Positions 8,588 through 18,706 are shown, counted from the stretch's first letter. The stretch is DNA of 64,000 bases from Eubacteriales bacterium (GCA_045597145.1 JAZODU010000023.1:2987-66986); one strand, 5' to 3'. Program-made: numbers and translations. Notes: generated by a model from the letters alone, not told the origin.

Positions 8588-9964
8588 ATGGCAAAAATGT
8601 GGGCAGGAAGAACCGACGGCGCGCTCTCGCGCGAGGCGGACGACTTCAACTCATCGATTCATTTCGACTCCCGTATGTACCGTCAGGACATCAAGGGCTC
8701 CATGCAGCACGCGGCAATGCTGTCGGCTTGCGGTATTTTATCCAAGGACGACACCGACCGCATCATCGACGGGCTCGGAACCATTCTTGACGACATGGAA
8801 AGCGGCGCGCTTGCGATCGACCCCGAGGCCGAGGACATTCATATGTTCGTGGAGGCGGAGCTGACCGCGCGCATCGGCGACGTCGGCAAAAGGCTGCACA
8901 CCTCGCGCAGCAGAAACGACCAGGTGGCGCTTGACATTCGCCTGTATCTGCGCGACGAGATCGACACGATCCGCGCGCAGGTCAGGGAGCTGATCGACGC
9001 GATCCTCGCACAAGTAAAGGCGAACACCGACGCGATCATGCCGGGATACACGCATCTACAGCGCGCACAGCCCATCACGTTCGCACAGCATCTGCTGGCA
9101 TACGCGATGATGCTCGAGCGCGACGACGGCAGACTCCGCGACACCGCCGCGCGCATGAATTATTCGCCGCTCGGCTCTTGCGCTCTTGCGGGCACGACCT
9201 ACCCCATCGACCGTTCCATGGTTGCCGCCTCTCTCGGCTTTTCGGGCATCACCGAAAACAGCCTTGACGGCGTTTCCGACAGAGATTTCTGCGTGGAGCT
9301 GCTCTCGGCACTCTCGCTGATCATGACGCACCTCTCACGCTTCTCCGAGGAGATCATTCTCTGGTCGAGCTGGGAGTTCCGCTTCGTCGAGCTTGACGAT
9401 GCCTACACCACGGGCTCGTCCATCATGCCGCAGAAGAAGAACTCCGACATGGCAGAATTGGTGCGCGGCAAGACCGGTCGCGTTTACGGCGACCTGATGG
9501 CACTCCTGACCGTTCTCAAGGGTCTTCCCCTCGCCTACAACAAGGATATGCAGGAGGACAAGGAGAGCGTGTTCGATGCGGTGGACACCGTGAAAAAGTG
9601 CCTCTCCGTGTTCGCACCCATGGTGCGCACGATGAAAACCAAGAAGGACAATATGTACGCCGCCGCGCAAAAGGGCTTCTTAAACGCGACGGATCTGGCG
9701 GATTACCTGACCAAAAAGGGGATGCCTTTCCGCTCGGCGTACAAGCTGGTCGGCTCCCTCGTGGCAGATTGCATCGCCAAGGGAAAGACTCTGGAAACCG
9801 TAACGCTTGAGGAATACCGCGCGCTGTCCGACCTGTTTGAGGCGGACGTTTACACCGAGATCTCGCTGGAGACCTGCGTGGCAAAGCGCATCTCGGCAGG
9901 CAGCACGGGGTCCGAATCGGTAGCGGCACAGATCCGCTCGGTGGAGGAGTTTTTGAAGAAATGA
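8588..9964 (+). CDS. argH: argininosuccinate lyase
   Basis: 458 aa. Contains [20 protein letters not shown] and the [10 protein letters not shown] signature. Confidence 0.95.
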   Translation: MAKMWAGRTDGALSREADDFNSSIHFDSRMYRQDIKGSMQHAAMLSACGILSKDDTDRIIDGLGTILDDMESGALAIDPEAEDIHMFVEAELTARIGDVGKRLHTSRSRNDQVALDIRLYLRDEIDTIRAQVRELIDAILAQVKANTDAIMPGYTHLQRAQPITFAQHLLAYAMMLERDDGRLRDTAARMNYSPLGSCALAGTTYPIDRSMVAASLGFSGITENSLDGVSDRDFCVELLSALSLIMTHLSRFSEEIILWSSWEFRFVELDDAYTTGSSIMPQKKNSDMAELVRGKTGRVYGDLMALLTVLKGLPLAYNKDMQEDKESVFDAVDTVKKCLSVFAPMVRTMKTKKDNMYAAAQKGFLNATDLADYLTKKGMPFRSAYKLVGSLVADCIAKGKTLETVTLEEYRALSDLFEADVYTEISLETCVAKRISAGSTGSESVAAQIRSVEEFLKK

Positions 9965-10893
9965 AAAAGATATTTATCGACGGCAGCGCGGGAACGACGG
10001 GATTGCGTATCCGTGAACGCCTCGCGGCAAGAACAGACATCGAGCTGCTCACGCTCCCCGAGGAAAAGAGAAAAGACCCCGCCGCAAGACGCGAAATGCT
10101 CAATTCGGCAGACGCAGTTTTTCTGTGTCTGCCCGACGATGCCGCCCGCGAGGCGGTGGCAATGATCGAAAACCCCGACGTGGTGGTGCTTGACACCTCT
10201 ACGGCGCACCGCACCTGCGAGGGCTGGTGCTACGGCTTTCCCGAGCTCTCCCCCGCGCGCGCCGAGGCGGTCAAAAACGCCAAGCGCATCGCCGTCCCCG
10301 GCTGTCACGCCAGCGGCTTTATCGCGCTGATCTATCCCCTGATCCGGGAGGGGCTCCTCCCTGCCGACGCGCTTTTGACCTGCACCTCTCTTACGGGCTA
10401 CAGCGGCGGCGGCAAGAAGATGATCGCACAGTATGAGGAGGACGGGCACGACGCGCTCCTGGGCGCTCCCCGTCAGTACGGACTGACCCAACAGCACAAG
10501 CATCTCAAGGAGATGCAGGCGATCACGGGGCTTCGCAACGCCCCTGCATTCCTGCCCATCGTCGCGGATTTCTACAGCGGCATGGAGGTTACGGTTCCGC
10601 TCTTTGCTTCGCAGCTTTGCGACGGCAAAACGATCGAGGACATCAAGGCGACCTACGCCAAGTATTACAGCACGCCCCTGCTCTCCTACTGCGAGAGTGC
10701 CGACGAGGAGGGCTTCCTCTCTGCGGCGGCTCTGTCGGGCTTGGATTCGATGCAGGTCACGGTCGCAGGCAACGCCGAGCGCATCCTGCTTGTCGCACGC
10801 TACGACAACCTCGGCAAGGGCGCGTCGGGCGCGGCGATCGAGTGCCTCAATACGGTGCTGGGTGCTGATCCCTACCTCGGGCTGGAGCTGTAA
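9961..10893 (+). CDS. argC: N-acetyl-gamma-glutamyl-phosphate reductase (short form)
   Basis: 310 aa. [17 protein letters not shown] and the PGCHASG active-site Cys. The start overlaps the argH stop. Confidence 0.9.
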   Translation: MKKIFIDGSAGTTGLRIRERLAARTDIELLTLPEEKRKDPAARREMLNSADAVFLCLPDDAAREAVAMIENPDVVVLDTSTAHRTCEGWCYGFPELSPARAEAVKNAKRIAVPGCHASGFIALIYPLIREGLLPADALLTCTSLTGYSGGGKKMIAQYEEDGHDALLGAPRQYGLTQQHKHLKEMQAITGLRNAPAFLPIVADFYSGMEVTVPLFASQLCDGKTIEDIKATYAKYYSTPLLSYCESADEEGFLSAAALSGLDSMQVTVAGNAERILLVARYDNLGKGASGAAIECLNTVLGADPYLGLEL

Positions 10894-11093
10894 AGCAAGC
10901 CGCCTTTGTAGTGCAAAGGAGTGTGTCAGAACCTTGCTCGCACGCAATATCCCTCTGTGTGTCATCACTGAGTAGGCAACAGGTTATTTAGTCGCGAACA
11001 TATCAAAAGGAACCACACACTGTAAAAATACACTTCTCCGAGCTGATGCCAACCGTCAGCTCCATCTTCCATTTTGAAAGGATTTTTTAGGCT

Positions 11094-12308
11094 ATGAAAC
11101 TGATCCACGGCGGCGTTTGTGCCGCACAAGGCTTTTTGGCAAACGGCATTCATTGCGGCATCCGTAAGAACAAGAGCAAGCGCGATCTTGCCCTGATCTA
11201 CAGCCAAACGCGCGCGACGGCGGCGGCGGTCTACACCAAGAACCTCGTCAAGGGCGCACCCTTGGCAGTCACCAAAAGACACCTGATGGACGGATACGCG
11301 CAGGCGGTCATCTGCAACAGCGGAAACGCCAACACCTGCAACGCAAACGGCATTGAGATCGCCGAGCAGATGAGCACGCTCCTTGCCAAGGAGATGAATC
11401 TTTCCGCCGAGGATGTCGTGGTCGCATCCACGGGCGTGATCGGTCAGCCGCTCAACATCACGCCGATCAAGGACGGTATCCCCGCCCTCGTCGCGGGTCT
11501 TGGCAACGACAAGAGCCACGAGGCGGCAGAGGGCATCATGACCACCGACACGCGCCTGAAGGAGGTCGCGGTCAGCTTTGAGGTGGGCGGCGTGACCTGC
11601 AAGCTCGGCGGCATCGCCAAGGGCTCGGGCATGATTCACCCCAACATGGCAACCATGCTCGTCTTTATCACCACCGACTGCGCCATCTCCTCCGAGATGC
11701 TCGGAAAGGCACTCTCCACCGACGTGCAGAGCACCTTTAACATGGTCAGCGTGGACGGCGACACCTCCACCAACGACATGGTCACGATTCTTGCCAACGG
11801 CATGGCGGGCAACGCCGAGATCACGGCCGAGGGCGAGGCGTTTGACGCGTTTATGAAGGCACTTAACACCGTAACGGTGGCGCTCTGCCGCCGCATTGCG
11901 GGGGACGGCGAGGGTGCTACGAAGCTGCTCGAATGCCGCGTTACGGGAGCGAAGGACGAGGCGACCGCAAAGGTCGTTGCCAAGTCGGTCATCTGCTCCT
12001 CGCTGACTAAGGCGGCAATGTTCGGTGCGGATGCCAACTGGGGGCGCATGCTCTGCGCCATCGGCTACAGCGGTGCGGACGTGGACGTAAACCGCGTGGA
12101 TGTATCCTTCGTGTCCGCCAAGGGCGAGATCCTTGTCTGCCGCGACGGCGCGGGCGTGGATTTCTCCGAGGAAAAGGCAAAGGAGATTTTGCTTGAGAGC
12201 GAGATCGAGATCCGCATCACCCTGGGTGACGGCAACGACGCGGCGTGCGCTTGGGGCTGTGACCTGACCTACGACTACGTCAAGATCAACGGCGATTACC
12301 GCACGTAA
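11094..12308 (+). CDS. argJ: bifunctional ornithine acetyltransferase / N-acetylglutamate synthase
   Basis: 404 aa. GSGMIHPNMATMLVFITTD contains the autoproteolytic A-TML site, and the C-terminus is INGDYRT. Confidence 0.95.
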   Translation: MKLIHGGVCAAQGFLANGIHCGIRKNKSKRDLALIYSQTRATAAAVYTKNLVKGAPLAVTKRHLMDGYAQAVICNSGNANTCNANGIEIAEQMSTLLAKEMNLSAEDVVVASTGVIGQPLNITPIKDGIPALVAGLGNDKSHEAAEGIMTTDTRLKEVAVSFEVGGVTCKLGGIAKGSGMIHPNMATMLVFITTDCAISSEMLGKALSTDVQSTFNMVSVDGDTSTNDMVTILANGMAGNAEITAEGEAFDAFMKALNTVTVALCRRIAGDGEGATKLLECRVTGAKDEATAKVVAKSVICSSLTKAAMFGADANWGRMLCAIGYSGADVDVNRVDVSFVSAKGEILVCRDGAGVDFSEEKAKEILLESEIEIRITLGDGNDAACAWGCDLTYDYVKINGDYRT

Positions 12309-12329
12309 TAAATAAAAAGGAATCACATC

Positions 12330-13205
12330 ATGAACATTTCCAACGCAGATCGCGCGCGGATTCTGGTCCACGCACTTCCCTACATTCAAAAATACACGGG
12401 CAAGATCCTCGTCGTCAAGTACGGCGGCAACGCCATGACCAACGAAAAGCTCAAAAACTCGGTCATGCGCGACATTATCCTGCTCTCGCTCACGGGCGTC
12501 AAGGTCGTGCTGGTGCACGGCGGCGGTCCCGAGATCACCGAAATGCTCTCCCGCGTCGGCAAGGAAACGCAGTTCGTTGACGGTCTGCGCGTGACCGACA
12601 AGGAGACCGTTGAGATCGCACAGATGGTCCTCTCGGGCAAGATCAACAAGAGCCTGGTCAACCTCATTCAGAACATGGGCGGCAAGTCCTTGGGGCTGTC
12701 GGGCGTGGACGGTCACATGATCGAGGCGACGGTCAAGGACGAGCGTCTCGGATACGTCGGCAAGATCACGAACGTCAACGTCGAGCCGATTCTGGACGTG
12801 CTTGAAAAGGGCTACATTCCCGTCGTGTCCACCATCGGGTGCGACCGCGAGGGCAACATCTACAACATCAACGCCGACACCGCCGCGGCAAAGATCGCGG
12901 GCGAATTGCACGCCGAGGCACTGATCTCCATGACCGACATCAGCGGTATTCTGCGCGACAAGGACGACCCCTCCACGCTCATTCCGTGGATCACTGTCGA
13001 GGAAGCCCCCAAGCTCATCGAGGAGGGTGTCATCAACGGCGGCATGATCCCGAAGGTCGAATGCTGCGTCAACGCCATCAAGTGGGGCGTCAACCGCGTG
13101 TTTATCATCGACGGTCGCGTGAGCCATTCGATCCTGATCGAAATGCTGACCAACGAGGGTATCGGCACCTGCTTTTTGCGCGAGGCAGACAAGGAAACGG
13201 AGTAA
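12330..13205 (+). CDS. argB: acetylglutamate kinase
   Basis: 291 aa. VVKYGGNAM, VLVHGGGPEI and NINADTAA motifs. Confidence 0.95.
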   Translation: MNISNADRARILVHALPYIQKYTGKILVVKYGGNAMTNEKLKNSVMRDIILLSLTGVKVVLVHGGGPEITEMLSRVGKETQFVDGLRVTDKETVEIAQMVLSGKINKSLVNLIQNMGGKSLGLSGVDGHMIEATVKDERLGYVGKITNVNVEPILDVLEKGYIPVVSTIGCDREGNIYNINADTAAAKIAGELHAEALISMTDISGILRDKDDPSTLIPWITVEEAPKLIEEGVINGGMIPKVECCVNAIKWGVNRVFIIDGRVSHSILIEMLTNEGIGTCFLREADKETE

Positions 13206-13208
13206 CGC

Positions 13209-14372
13209 ATGAATACTTTTGAAAGAGACGCGGCGTTTATTGCGCCTACGTATGCGCGTTTTCCCGTGGAGATCGTGTCCGGCAAGGGCGCGGTCGTGAC
13301 CGATGCCGACGGCAAGGAATACATTGATCTTGGCACGGGAATTGCCGTGAACACCTTCGGCATGTGTGACGAGGAATGGGTGGCGGCTGTCACCGAGCAG
13401 CTGCATCAATTCCAGCACACGTCCAATCTGTACTACTCCTCTCCCTGCGCGCGTCTGGCAGAAGCCATTTGCGCACGCACGGGCATGAAAAAGGTCTTTT
13501 TCAGCAACTCGGGCGCGGAAGCAAACGAGTGCGCCATCAAGGCGGCGCGCAAGTACGGAACCGATCGCAAGGGAGCTGACGCTTACACGATCCTCACGCT
13601 TGAAAACAGCTTCCACGGGCGCACGATCACCACGCTCTCGGCAACGGGACAGTACGTGTTCCACAAGCTGTTCACCCCCATGACCCCCGGCTTCGTCCAC
13701 GCCCCCGCAAACGATCTTGACGCGGTGAAAAAAATCGCGGACGAGATGCCTCTGGCGGCGATCATGTTCGAGGTCGTGCAGGGCGAGGGCGGCGTCAATC
13801 CTCTGACGCGTGAATTTATGGACGGGCTTGTGGCACTGGCGCGCGAGAAAGACATTCTTCTCATCGCCGACGAGGTGCAATGCGGCAACGGCCGCACGGG
13901 CAAGCTCTACGGCTACATGAACTACGGCATGACCCCCGACATCTTCACCACGGCGAAGGGTCTGGGCGGCGGCCTCCCTATCGGCGCGACGGTGCTTGGT
14001 GAGCGGGTGCAGGACATTTTTGCGGCGGGCGACAACGGCTCGACCTTTGGCGGCAACCCCGTTTCCTGCGCAGGCGCTCTCAACATTCTCTCGCGTTTGG
14101 ACGAAAAAACGCTTGACGGTGTGCAAAAGCGCTCCAAAATGATCCTTGACGCGCTGACGGGTGCCCCCGGCGTCAAGAGTGTCACGGGCATGGGGTTGAT
14201 GCTTGGCGTGGAGACCGAAAAGCCTGCGGGCGACGTGATCGCGGCGTGCCGCGAGAGTGGCGTTCTGGTGATCAAGGCAAAGAACAAGGTTCGCCTGCTC
14301 CCGCCCCTCAATATTCCCGAGGAGCAGCTCGCTCGCGCACTGGACGTTTTGCGCGCGGCGTGTCGCGCTTGA
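13209..14372 (+). CDS. argD: acetylornithine aminotransferase
   Basis: 387 aa class III aminotransferase. Contains [24 protein letters not shown] and TTAKGLGGG (PLP lysine). Confidence 0.9.
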   Translation: MNTFERDAAFIAPTYARFPVEIVSGKGAVVTDADGKEYIDLGTGIAVNTFGMCDEEWVAAVTEQLHQFQHTSNLYYSSPCARLAEAICARTGMKKVFFSNSGAEANECAIKAARKYGTDRKGADAYTILTLENSFHGRTITTLSATGQYVFHKLFTPMTPGFVHAPANDLDAVKKIADEMPLAAIMFEVVQGEGGVNPLTREFMDGLVALAREKDILLIADEVQCGNGRTGKLYGYMNYGMTPDIFTTAKGLGGGLPIGATVLGERVQDIFAAGDNGSTFGGNPVSCAGALNILSRLDEKTLDGVQKRSKMILDALTGAPGVKSVTGMGLMLGVETEKPAGDVIAACRESGVLVIKAKNKVRLLPPLNIPEEQLARALDVLRAACRA

Positions 14373-14480
14373 TTCGCTTTGTTCGCGCAAACGCTTACAG
14401 AAAAGCTTGTTGTGCGGAGAGTGGCGCACTTATTCCTTGTACACGAAAACTCGTCAGCCGCTTTTCTCTTTGGCGGCAAA

Positions 14481-14595
14481 GGGCGCAAAGAGAAAAGCAA
14501 GAGAAACGCCGAAGAAACATTTCGCGCTCTGCGGCGCGCGAGGAGGGCTTCGCGCCCTCCACCCGCGCAAGCTTTTGAAAAAGCTTGACCAAAAC
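14481..14595 (+). repeat. family E intergenic repeat (about 115 bp)
   Basis: GGCGCAAAGAGAAAAG..TTTCGCGCTCTGCGGCGCGCGAGGAG..CCGCGCAAGCTTTTGAAAAAGCTTGACCAAAAC. A second copy lies at 38770-38889 in the same orientation. Confidence 0.75.
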
Positions 14596-14634
14596 TTTTA
14601 TATTGGGCTGCGCGAGCCCTCGGAAAGGAACCGT

Positions 14635-15618
14635 ATGAATCTCAAAGGCAAACATTTTCTCAAGCTGCTGGACTTCACCCCCCAAGAGATCGAGGAGCTG
14701 ATCGACCTTGCAGCCGACCTCAAGGCAAAGAAAAAGGCGGGCATCCCGCACAAAATACACGAGGGCAAAAACATCGCGCTGATCTTTGAAAAGACCAGCA
14801 CGCGCACGCGCTGTGCGTTCGAGGTGGCGGCGCGCGACCTCGGCATGGGCGTGACCTATCTCGATCCCACGGGCTCGCAGTTCGGCAAAAAGGAAAGCAT
14901 CGCAGACACCGCGCGCGTGCTTGGCAGAATGTACGACGGCATCGAATACCGCGGATTTGGTCAGGAAATCGTCGAGGAGCTGGCACGCTATGCGGGCGTT
15001 CCCGTGTGGAATGGGCTGACCAACGAGTTCCACCCCACGCAGATCCTTGCTGACTTTTTGACCATTCGTGAAAAATTCGGGACGCTCGCGGGCATCAAAT
15101 TCGTCTACATGGGCGACGCGCGCTACAATATGGGCAACTCTCTCATGGTCGGTTGCGCGAAGATGGGAATGGATTTCGTAGCGTGCGCGCCGAAGAAGTA
15201 CTTCCCCGACGCGGCGCTGATCGCGCAGTGCGAGGCGGTTGCCAAGGAAACCGGCGCAACGCTCCGCTTTGAAGAGGATCCGATGGCAGCCGTTAAGGAC
15301 GCCGACGTGATCTACACCGACGTTTGGGTTTCGATGGGCGAGCCGATCGAGGTCTGGGAGGAGCGCATCAACGAGCTCTCGCCCTATCAGGTCAACACCG
15401 CGCTGATGAACGCCGCCGGCAAGCGCGCAGTCTTTATGCACTGTCTGCCCGCGTTCCATGACCTGAAAACCGCGGTCGGACGCGAAATGGGCGAAAAATT
15501 CGAACGCGACGCGATGGAGGTCACCGACGAGGTCTTTGAATCCGCGCGCTCCATCGTCTTTGACGAAGCCGAAAACCGTATGCACACCATCAAAGCCGTT
15601 ATGGCAGCTACGCTGTGA
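14635..15618 (+). CDS. argF: ornithine carbamoyltransferase
   Basis: ORF 14407..15618, whose 5' part reads through repeat E. The real start is ATG 14635 ([19 protein letters not shown]). FEKTSTRTR and HCLPA motifs. Confidence 0.95.
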   Translation: MNLKGKHFLKLLDFTPQEIEELIDLAADLKAKKKAGIPHKIHEGKNIALIFEKTSTRTRCAFEVAARDLGMGVTYLDPTGSQFGKKESIADTARVLGRMYDGIEYRGFGQEIVEELARYAGVPVWNGLTNEFHPTQILADFLTIREKFGTLAGIKFVYMGDARYNMGNSLMVGCAKMGMDFVACAPKKYFPDAALIAQCEAVAKETGATLRFEEDPMAAVKDADVIYTDVWVSMGEPIEVWEERINELSPYQVNTALMNAAGKRAVFMHCLPAFHDLKTAVGREMGEKFERDAMEVTDEVFESARSIVFDEAENRMHTIKAVMAATL

Positions 15619-15639
15619 TTGGATTTTAGGGGGAAGATT

Positions 15640-15676
15640 GCGGGGAGAGGACTTTTTGAAAAAGTCCTCTCCCCGC
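15640..15676. repeat. family A palindrome
   Basis: GCGGGGAGAGGACTTTTTGAAAAAGTCCTCTCCCCGC, 22 nt after the argF stop. Confidence 0.8.
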
Positions 15677-15750
15677 GCGGCACACAAAAAGGACGCGCGG
15701 TATTGCGCGTCCCGATAGAGGGTGACTGATACCCATGTTCTTGAAAGATG

Positions 15751-15787
15751 TGTGGGGGAAACTTCTTGAAAAGAAGTTTCCCCCACA
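15751..15787. repeat. family A palindrome
   Basis: TGTGGGGGAAACTTCTTGAAAAGAAGTTTCCCCCACA, 10 nt downstream of the stop of the minus-strand gene 15797..16288. Confidence 0.8.
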
Positions 15788-15796
15788 TCGCGTCCC

Positions 15797-16288
15797 TTAC
15801 TCCTCAGACTCCTTCAGATCAGCCGCCTCGACGATGCAAGCGAACTTTTCGCCGCATGCGGGGCAGAGCAGGTTTTCGGGGTCGAGCTCGCTGTCGAAGC
15901 AAACGGTCTCACCGCAGGAGGGGCAAACGATCTCGCAGTAGTCCTCGTCGTCGCAGTCGCAACCGTCGCAGGAAGCGCAATCGCCGTCGCACCACTCGTC
16001 CTCCTCAGCCTCATCCTCATCAAGGTCGTCCTCGTCAAAATCGATCTCCTCGTCCAGGAAATCCTCAACCGCCTGCAGGTCGTCGTCGATCTCCTCGATA
16101 TACTCGTCCAGATAGTCCAGATCCTCGTCGATCTCCTCGATGTCCTGATTGATGGACTCGATCTCTGCAGCCATCTCGCTCACCAGATCCAGAAGAGCCT
16201 CGATGATCTTGCCCTCCTTGGTGGTCTTATCGTAATCAAGACCATCTGCCAGCCCCTTGAGGTATGCGGATTTTTCGGTCAAATTCAT
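15797..16288 (-). CDS. highly acidic protein with C-terminal zinc ribbon (163 aa)
   Basis: Helical N-terminus, then a long D/E tract, then CPSCGETVCF...CPACGEKF. It sits directly downstream of efp. Confidence 0.65.
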   Translation of the reverse strand: MNLTEKSAYLKGLADGLDYDKTTKEGKIIEALLDLVSEMAAEIESINQDIEEIDEDLDYLDEYIEEIDDDLQAVEDFLDEEIDFDEDDLDEDEAEEDEWCDGDCASCDGCDCDDEDYCEIVCPSCGETVCFDSELDPENLLCPACGEKFACIVEAADLKESEE

Positions 16289-16321
16289 GGTATATTACCG
16301 TCCTTTCGTATTTGTAAAAAT

Positions 16322-16352
16322 GGGGAAAACCTTGGTTTTCAAAGTCTTCCCC
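16322..16352. repeat. degenerate family A-like hairpin between efp and the acidic-protein gene
   Basis: GGGGAAAACCTTGGTTTTCAAAGTCTTCCCC; the arms are imperfect. Confidence 0.5.
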
Positions 16353-16368
16353 TTTTGGTTGTAAAAGA

Positions 16369-16929
16369 TTATGCGCGAGAGAGATACTCGCCCGTGCGGG
16401 TGTCGATCTTGAGCACGTCACCAATGTTGATGAAGAGCGGAACCTTGATCTGGGCACCGGTTTCAAGCGTTGCGGGCTTGAGGGTGTTGGTTGCGGTGTT
16501 GCCTGCAAAGCCGGGATCGGTGTCGGTAACCTCAAGCTCAACGAACGTGGGAGGCTCGATGCCGAACACGTTGCACTTTTAGAAAATGATCTTGCACATC
16601 ATCTCTTCCTTCACGAAGCGGAAGTTGTCCTCCACCATGTCGTGGGAGATGAGAGTCTCTTCCCAGGTTTCGGTGTCCATAAAGTGATAAAGAGCACCGT
16701 CGTCGTAGGAATACTGCATATCGCGTCTTTCGATATACGCGTTCTCGAACTTGTCGGTGGGGTTAAAGGTTTTTTCAATAACCGCGCCGGAAATGACGTT
16801 CTTCAGCTTCGTGCGAACGAACGCCGCACCCTTACCGGGCTTTACGTGCTGGAACTCGATGACCTGCAGGACGTTGCCCTGACCGTCGTCAAAAGTAATG
16901 CCGTTTTTAAAATCGCCTGCTACTACCAT
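16369..16929 (-). pseudogene. efp: elongation factor P interrupted by one in-frame TAA (complement of 16579-16581)
   Basis: ORF 16579..16941 is EF-P domains I-II (VVAGDFKNG..., [14 protein letters not shown]). ORF 16369..16569 is domain III ([19 protein letters not shown]...TGEYLSRA). Both are in the same frame: ..[19 protein letters not shown]. The start is ATG 16929, after GGAGGT. Confidence 0.85.
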
Positions 16930-17097
16930 ATTTACCTCCAAAAAGCGAAAGTCAAATTTACGTCAGCCCGTGGGCTGTTACATAGTTGCTTTTATTATAC
17001 ACCACTTTTTGCCGTTTTGCAATAGTTTTTTCGCTTTTTTCTTGATTTTTCTTTCGTTCGGGCATTTTTTTGTGCTGAAAATGTGCGAGAATTGACC

Positions 17098-17126
17098 TTG
17101 ACATTCGCGCGCGAACGCGTTATAAT
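17098..17126 (+). promoter_or_regulatory. sigma-A promoter: TTGACA, 17-nt spacer, TATAAT
   Basis: TTGACA at 17098-17103 and TATAAT at 17121-17126, about 125 nt upstream of the GH5-like gene. Confidence 0.55.
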
Positions 17127-17252
17127 ACAATCAAAGAGGTACGGTGCGACGCGAAAAGTAAAATTTTATAAAAAATCCGTTGTTTTTTCGGTAGAAATCC
17201 GCGCCGTCGGATCTATAATAGGACTATCTTCAACGCAAAGGAGCATACGACA

Positions 17253-18356
17253 ATGAGTGGACAATGGTCAAAGGAAAGGGCTTGGGCATGGTACAACGCG
17301 CGCCCGTGGATCCGCGGCTGCAACTTTATGCCCTCGGATTGCGCAAACCGCATCGATATGTGGCAGGAGTACAAATTTGAGGAGCATTTTGCAACCGCCG
17401 AGCGCGAGATCGCGCTGGCAGAATCCATCGGCTTCAACTCCGTGCGCATCATTCTCGAATACGAGGTGTGGGAACATCAGCACGACGGCTTCATGGAGCG
17501 TCTTGACAAGTACCTTACCATGTTTTATAAGCACGGCATCACCGCGATGATGGTGCTGGCAAACGACTGCTCGGTGCCCAAGGCTTTCTGGAAGCCCGCG
17601 CGCTTTGGCGAGCAGACCTACGACATCGGCTACCACGGCGGCAGAAGAGTGTCCCCTCACGGCGGTCACGGTGAGCTCAGCTATCATCTGCTTGACGACC
17701 CCGCAACCGCCGAGCGTTACTACGAGTTTGTCCGTGAGATCATCACGGTCTACGCACACGACGAGCGCGTGCTGATCTGGAACCTGTTCAACGAGCCGGG
17801 CAACAACCGCGCCGACCTGAGCCTATCTCACATGGAGAAGTTCTTTGAGATCGCACGAGAGATCAACCCCGACCAGCCCCTTTGCGCCGACTGCCTTGGC
17901 GACTACTGCAAGGAAGGCTCGATCATCGGCGATCGCGCGCTGGAGCTGTCCGACATCATCAGCTACCACAACTACAACAGCTTTGAAAACAACATCGAGT
18001 GGGCGGAAAAGCTCCGTCTGCTCGGCAGACCCGCGCTTGACACCGAGTGGCTGCACCGCATCTACAGCAACACGGTCGAGGAGATCTATCCCCTTCTCTA
18101 CTTTGAGAAGATCGGCGCGTACAACTGGGGATTCGTGCAGGGCAAGTACCAGACGCACGAGCCCTGGAACGGCATCTGGGAGAGAATGGAGCGCGGCGAG
18201 GCTGACTTCGACGTCACCAAGTGGCAGCACGACCTCTTCCGCCCCTCGGGTCGCCCCTACGACCCGCGCGAGATCAAGCTCATCGCCTTCTACAACAAAA
18301 AGGCAGACGAACGCTTCGCAAAGGGCTTGGATGCGAAACTGTTTGGCGTGAAGTGA
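17253..18356 (+). CDS. glycoside hydrolase, cellulase/GH5-like TIM barrel
   Basis: 367 aa. GFNSVRI and WNLFNEPGN (the NEP acid/base motif of clan GH-A). AAGGAG lies upstream. Confidence 0.7.
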   Translation: MSGQWSKERAWAWYNARPWIRGCNFMPSDCANRIDMWQEYKFEEHFATAEREIALAESIGFNSVRIILEYEVWEHQHDGFMERLDKYLTMFYKHGITAMMVLANDCSVPKAFWKPARFGEQTYDIGYHGGRRVSPHGGHGELSYHLLDDPATAERYYEFVREIITVYAHDERVLIWNLFNEPGNNRADLSLSHMEKFFEIAREINPDQPLCADCLGDYCKEGSIIGDRALELSDIISYHNYNSFENNIEWAEKLRLLGRPALDTEWLHRIYSNTVEEIYPLLYFEKIGAYNWGFVQGKYQTHEPWNGIWERMERGEADFDVTKWQHDLFRPSGRPYDPREIKLIAFYNKKADERFAKGLDAKLFGVK

Positions 18357-18392
18357 ATTTTGTGGGGAGAGACAGATTCTTTGCATGGAAAA

Positions 18393-18432
18393 GCCGCCGC
18401 GGGATTGCAAACAATCCCGCGGCGGCTTTTTG
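18393..18432. terminator. bidirectional terminator
   Basis: GCCGCCGCGGGATTG-caaa-CAATCCCGCGGCGGC (15-bp stem) followed by TTTTTG and preceded by AAAA. Confidence 0.75.
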
Positions 18433-18439
18433 TTTGGAT

Positions 18440-18690
18440 TCAGCACTTGTCGAGCGCGTTTTTGATGGAGAGGCAATCGTTGGTCAGGATCGTGTCGATG
18501 CCCATGGCGCGATAGGCGCGCGCCTCGTCGGGTCGTGCGACTTGACGATTTCGCAAGCCTTGGAGCCGTTGCAGACACGGTCGAGACAAGGATCGTGAAT
18601 GCTGACAAGCACGCCGAGAAGCGTTTCAAAATTCTTCGCCATATCCTTATAGTCGTAGGAGTATGGCGGTCGGATCACACAAACCTTCAT
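18440..18690 (-). pseudogene. short frameshifted remnant ending in a glycerophosphodiester-phosphodiesterase-like C-terminus
   Basis: From ATG 18690 the frame reads MKVCVIRPPYSYDYKDMAKNF...ACEIVKSHDP. Near 18524-18535 the frame changes, and the other frame gives DEARAYRAMGIDTILTNDCLSIKNALDKC-stop. One extra G in CCGAC would restore a single 84-aa frame. Confidence 0.35.
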
Positions 18691-18706
18691 GTCAGTCGTT
18701 TCTTTC

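Noticed and set aside
10965-14429. 1154-aa ORF on the minus strand spanning argJ-argB-argD
   Set aside because: It is antisense to three well-supported arg genes. The composition is Arg/Ala/Gly/Val/His-rich and low in complexity, with no recognisable motifs. This is the typical shadow ORF of high-GC coding DNA.
17127-17252. Leader peptide or riboswitch upstream of the GH5-like gene (tiny ORF GTG-CGA-CGC-GAA-AAG-TAA after AAGAGGT)
   Set aside because: A five-codon ORF with a GTG start is not distinguishable from chance. I recognise no conserved structure, so I left it as an unusually long (about 125-nt) leader only.
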